Part shown: piece after piece, positions 61,379-64,000 of the stretch
How positions within the stretch are numbered: the stretch's first letter is position 1
Layout of the letters: every line of letters starts with the position of its first letter
Position numbers and translations under genes: made by a program
The notes under the pieces: model-generated
The model's input: only the letters and a program-made list of their open reading frames with translations
Database searches by the model: none
What the model was told of the DNA's origin: nothing
Assembly (NCBI GenBank): GCA_963841565.1
Contig: CAWJCY010000006.1
Coordinates: forward strand, 96,001-160,000
From: an uncultured Nitrososphaerales archaeon
GTDB lineage: Archaea > Thermoproteota > Nitrososphaeria > Nitrososphaerales > Nitrososphaeraceae
Direction: 5' to 3'
Length of the DNA stretch: 64,000 bases

Positions 61379-62371
61379 TTACTCAAAATACTTTACTCTT
61401 TGCTTCTTGAATTCACGGGTGCTGAAAAGAATAGAATAATCCTGAATTTTCACTACTGACGACATGGTTTCGGCTATCCTTTTTGCAGCCTTAAGCGTTC
61501 TCGCATGTACCATACTAAAGAGGTTAAACGGCCAGTCCGAAAATACAGGTCTACGGTAACAATGGCTAACTTGAGGAAATGCTCCTAACTTGTGTCCCAC
61601 TTCATCGATCTTGTCGTCGGGCACTCTCCATACTACCATACCATTTGCGGAAAACCCTGCATCTCTATGACGCAGAATGGCGGCGAATCTTCGCATCACA
61701 CCTATCTGCTCGTATTCCTTTGCTTTTGCAAAGAGCTCACCTGTTGTTATTCCAAGAACTCTCGCAGACTTCGTGAATGGCTCTGACGTAGTTTCGATGT
61801 CTTCTTGCAACACACGAATAAACTTTTTGTCTATGTCGGTGGCTGTAAATTTTGCTTGACTTACGGTTTTTAATTGTTCAGTAGGTTTTGGATCAGAAGG
61901 ATCCTGGTTCAGTACATCTAACTTTACACCAATCTTGTAGAGTTTGAGTGTGGGTAATACCCTGTACTTTATGACACCGTCCAGGGAAGCCATGCGTTCC
62001 AAGTCTCGCTTCATATCACCGAATGGAGGAACTGCCAAAGTGAACCACATATTGTATTCATGGTTCCTTTCGTAATTATGGCTGACTCCGGGATGGCTGT
62101 TTACCTCATTTGCAACCTGTTCAAGCTTGTCTTGTGAAACGGAAAACGCGACCAAAGTGCTCTTATAACCTAATCGTCTGGTATCAAAGATTGCATTGAT
62201 CTGTCTTATCAGACCAATCCTTTTCAGTATCCCAATCCTTTCTAGGACTTCATCCTCAGAAATATTGTATCGTTTAGAGATTTCCAAAAAAGGTCTATCC
62301 ACTAAAGGAAATTGCCACTGGATTTCATTCAATAGTTGTTTATCCAATGAATCGATAGTTTGCAGTTGCAT
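61379..62371 (-). CDS. fused siroheme decarboxylase AhbA-AhbB (NirDL-like)
   Basis: Two Lrp-like halves with PGVSHNYER..YNMWFT and VSHCYRRP..WPFNLFSMVH. Confidence 0.9.
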   Translation of the reverse strand: MQLQTIDSLDKQLLNEIQWQFPLVDRPFLEISKRYNISEDEVLERIGILKRIGLIRQINAIFDTRRLGYKSTLVAFSVSQDKLEQVANEVNSHPGVSHNYERNHEYNMWFTLAVPPFGDMKRDLERMASLDGVIKYRVLPTLKLYKIGVKLDVLNQDPSDPKPTEQLKTVSQAKFTATDIDKKFIRVLQEDIETTSEPFTKSARVLGITTGELFAKAKEYEQIGVMRRFAAILRHRDAGFSANGMVVWRVPDDKIDEVGHKLGAFPQVSHCYRRPVFSDWPFNLFSMVHARTLKAAKRIAETMSSVVKIQDYSILFSTREFKKQRVKYFE

Positions 62372-62920
62372 CAGGTCGTCACAATTTACAGATGGGCCTG
62401 CATTATTAAATGCTCCTCAATCTGTCACATTTTTGAAAGTGTAACCATGAATCTACCTTATTGAACTTAAACTCTATCAGGATGATTTTTAAATCAGGAG
62501 CCTCATTTTAGTGGGGGGATAGAAGGACTGATGACTTGGTTTAGGGATCCTTATGGTCACATAATTGAATCTAAAAATAAAACACACAGGCTAGTGTATT
62601 GTTTGTTGTGCCAGAAACTGGCAAGTAAATCAGACTGTATAAAATTAAGAGTTAGTAATAGGAATGGAAAATTATACGAGATTAAATCTTACAAATATAC
62701 CAAGGTATCCAAAATGAAGCGCCCTTACAAAGAAAAATCTGCCGAACTGCTAATGGGTTCAGCAAATGAGATTCAGGGAGTAATTGGAGAAACCAATTAG
62801 GAATTCGAATATGTTGTCGCTTTGTGTCATTTAATTAATGGCGATTCATGCCTTGATCTAGGATATAAAAAGAAACCGCTTCCGTGAGATCTTTTTTTAG
62901 GATGAGCATTACTGAATGTT

Positions 62921-63466
62921 GTGACTGCGGGAACAACTTATTTTAGATATTCTGGGACCTCCATACCCGAGACCGAAATCATATATCATATCATTTCAAG
63001 CATACTTGGATCTGTAGAAGAAGAAGAAATTGCTACAAATGACAGCCGAGTCCCTACGATAATAGAAATTCACTTCCCTGTTCTCTACGGTGACGATTTT
63101 TTTAATCTATTTGGCGCTGACAAATGGTACAAGTTAAGGAATGTTATTACAGAAATAAAAAAAAGAAGAGGTAAGGGTCAGATGCGAATTGTGTTTAGTT
63201 TCCCCGGAGTTTCTGGGGTACGCGGTGCTACCACCAGGCTCATCTTACAGACTTTAGAAACGGACTCCAAGAATGTTGAAAGAGCCATCGATAGGGTTCA
63301 AGTGTTAGTTGAGATAATTGAATCTCAAATGTCTAAGATGCCTGCAGAAGTACTTGAAATGACGTATTGTTATGAATCTACACACTCCAGGTGGCGTCCT
63401 GATTTCGCGAAAACAGATAAGAGAATTTACAAATACTCAAATGACATTTGGAAAATTAGTGCCTGA
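62921..63466 (+). CDS. hypothetical protein
   Basis: 181-aa ORF with globular composition. Confidence 0.65.
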   Translation: MTAGTTYFRYSGTSIPETEIIYHIISSILGSVEEEEIATNDSRVPTIIEIHFPVLYGDDFFNLFGADKWYKLRNVITEIKKRRGKGQMRIVFSFPGVSGVRGATTRLILQTLETDSKNVERAIDRVQVLVEIIESQMSKMPAEVLEMTYCYESTHSRWRPDFAKTDKRIYKYSNDIWKISA

Positions 63467-63499
63467 ATTTTAGTATTTAACCGAATGTTCAACAACTTC

Positions 63500-63955
63500 T
63501 TAACCTATTTGGCCAATTACCGATGATTCATGTAAGGATTTGAGGAGATCGCGATACTTTCGGTCAATAAAATAAAGCGATTCGGATAATTTTTTCGATT
63601 TTCCATATTTGAATCTAACAAGCTCCCGATGCCGCCAAAGATGCTGACCTTCGGGAACTGAAAGAGTTGTAAAGTAATCAGGCCCCTTTAGGTTGTCCGG
63701 AAGCTTGATGCTCTGTGGTATGATATATTCGATGGTAAACCATTCATCGCCGTCCGGATAATCATTACCTGTAGCTATATCGAAATACAAGTGCAATACA
63801 TCTTCAATATTTAAGCCGCTCTCTTTGCTCAAAGGATGCTTTATAAATGACCTTCGGTAATCCATTTTTAGCAATTCTGGCTCAAAATAATTCCTTATTA
63901 TTGCAAATCTAAAGATTTCATTTGACTCTTTAATATTCAAAGCTAGTATAACCAA
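63500..63955 (-). CDS. hypothetical protein
   Basis: 151-aa ORF; true start possibly at MDYRRSF. Confidence 0.65.
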   Translation of the reverse strand: MVILALNIKESNEIFRFAIIRNYFEPELLKMDYRRSFIKHPLSKESGLNIEDVLHLYFDIATGNDYPDGDEWFTIEYIIPQSIKLPDNLKGPDYFTTLSVPEGQHLWRHRELVRFKYGKSKKLSESLYFIDRKYRDLLKSLHESSVIGQIG

Positions 63956-64000
63956 GGATCTCCGTTTAATAACCTTTTTAACACGGTGTCAGCAGGTACG

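Noticed and set aside
61379-62371. Lrp/AsnC transcription regulator call
   Set aside because: SHNYER and SHCYRR motifs in a duplicated architecture identify an AhbA/AhbB siroheme decarboxylase
2039-62444. Many antisense or overlapping ORFs in the track (e.g. 2039-2407, 6909-7235, 16613-16999, 45211-45606, 51872-52261)
   Set aside because: They are shadows of well-supported genes on the opposite strand and carry no motifs of their own

Overview
A chromosomal window from an ammonia-oxidising archaeon (Thaumarchaeota/Nitrososphaeria, probably Nitrososphaeraceae). The assignment is inferred from gene content: an AOA-type Amt, a DnaJ-ferredoxin fusion, an archaeal histone, TFB/TFE, a short XPF, LEA_2-like proteins and intron-containing tRNAs. 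Most of it is housekeeping: Hel308, purP, asnB, tatAC, truD, nnrD, tatD, a DEAD-box helicase, guaA, mptE, csl4-pheA, the SBDS-rrp4-rrp41-rrp42-rpl37ae-pcc1-pfdB exosome cluster, rpoD-rpl18e-rpl13-rps9, and a sufC/coproheme-decarboxylase-like/DUF1802/AKR/ahbAB locus. I found three tRNAs (Gly-CCC, Phe-GAA with a non-canonical intron, Cys-GCA with a canonical intron) and two coding tandem repeats (15 bp x13 and 75 bp x about 2.4). No CRISPR array, rRNA, integrase or transposase is visible. Eight single-base frameshifts in five genes, including essential rpoD, suggest consensus errors, so pseudogene calls are tentative. The best leads are a 14-codon leaderless uORF ending in Asn ahead of asnB, the heme/Fe-S locus with an orphan sufC, an apparently nuclease-dead Cas4-like gene divergent from tfb, and a membrane-anchored (NSTSA)n sequon-array protein. 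All family calls come from motif recognition, not database searches.
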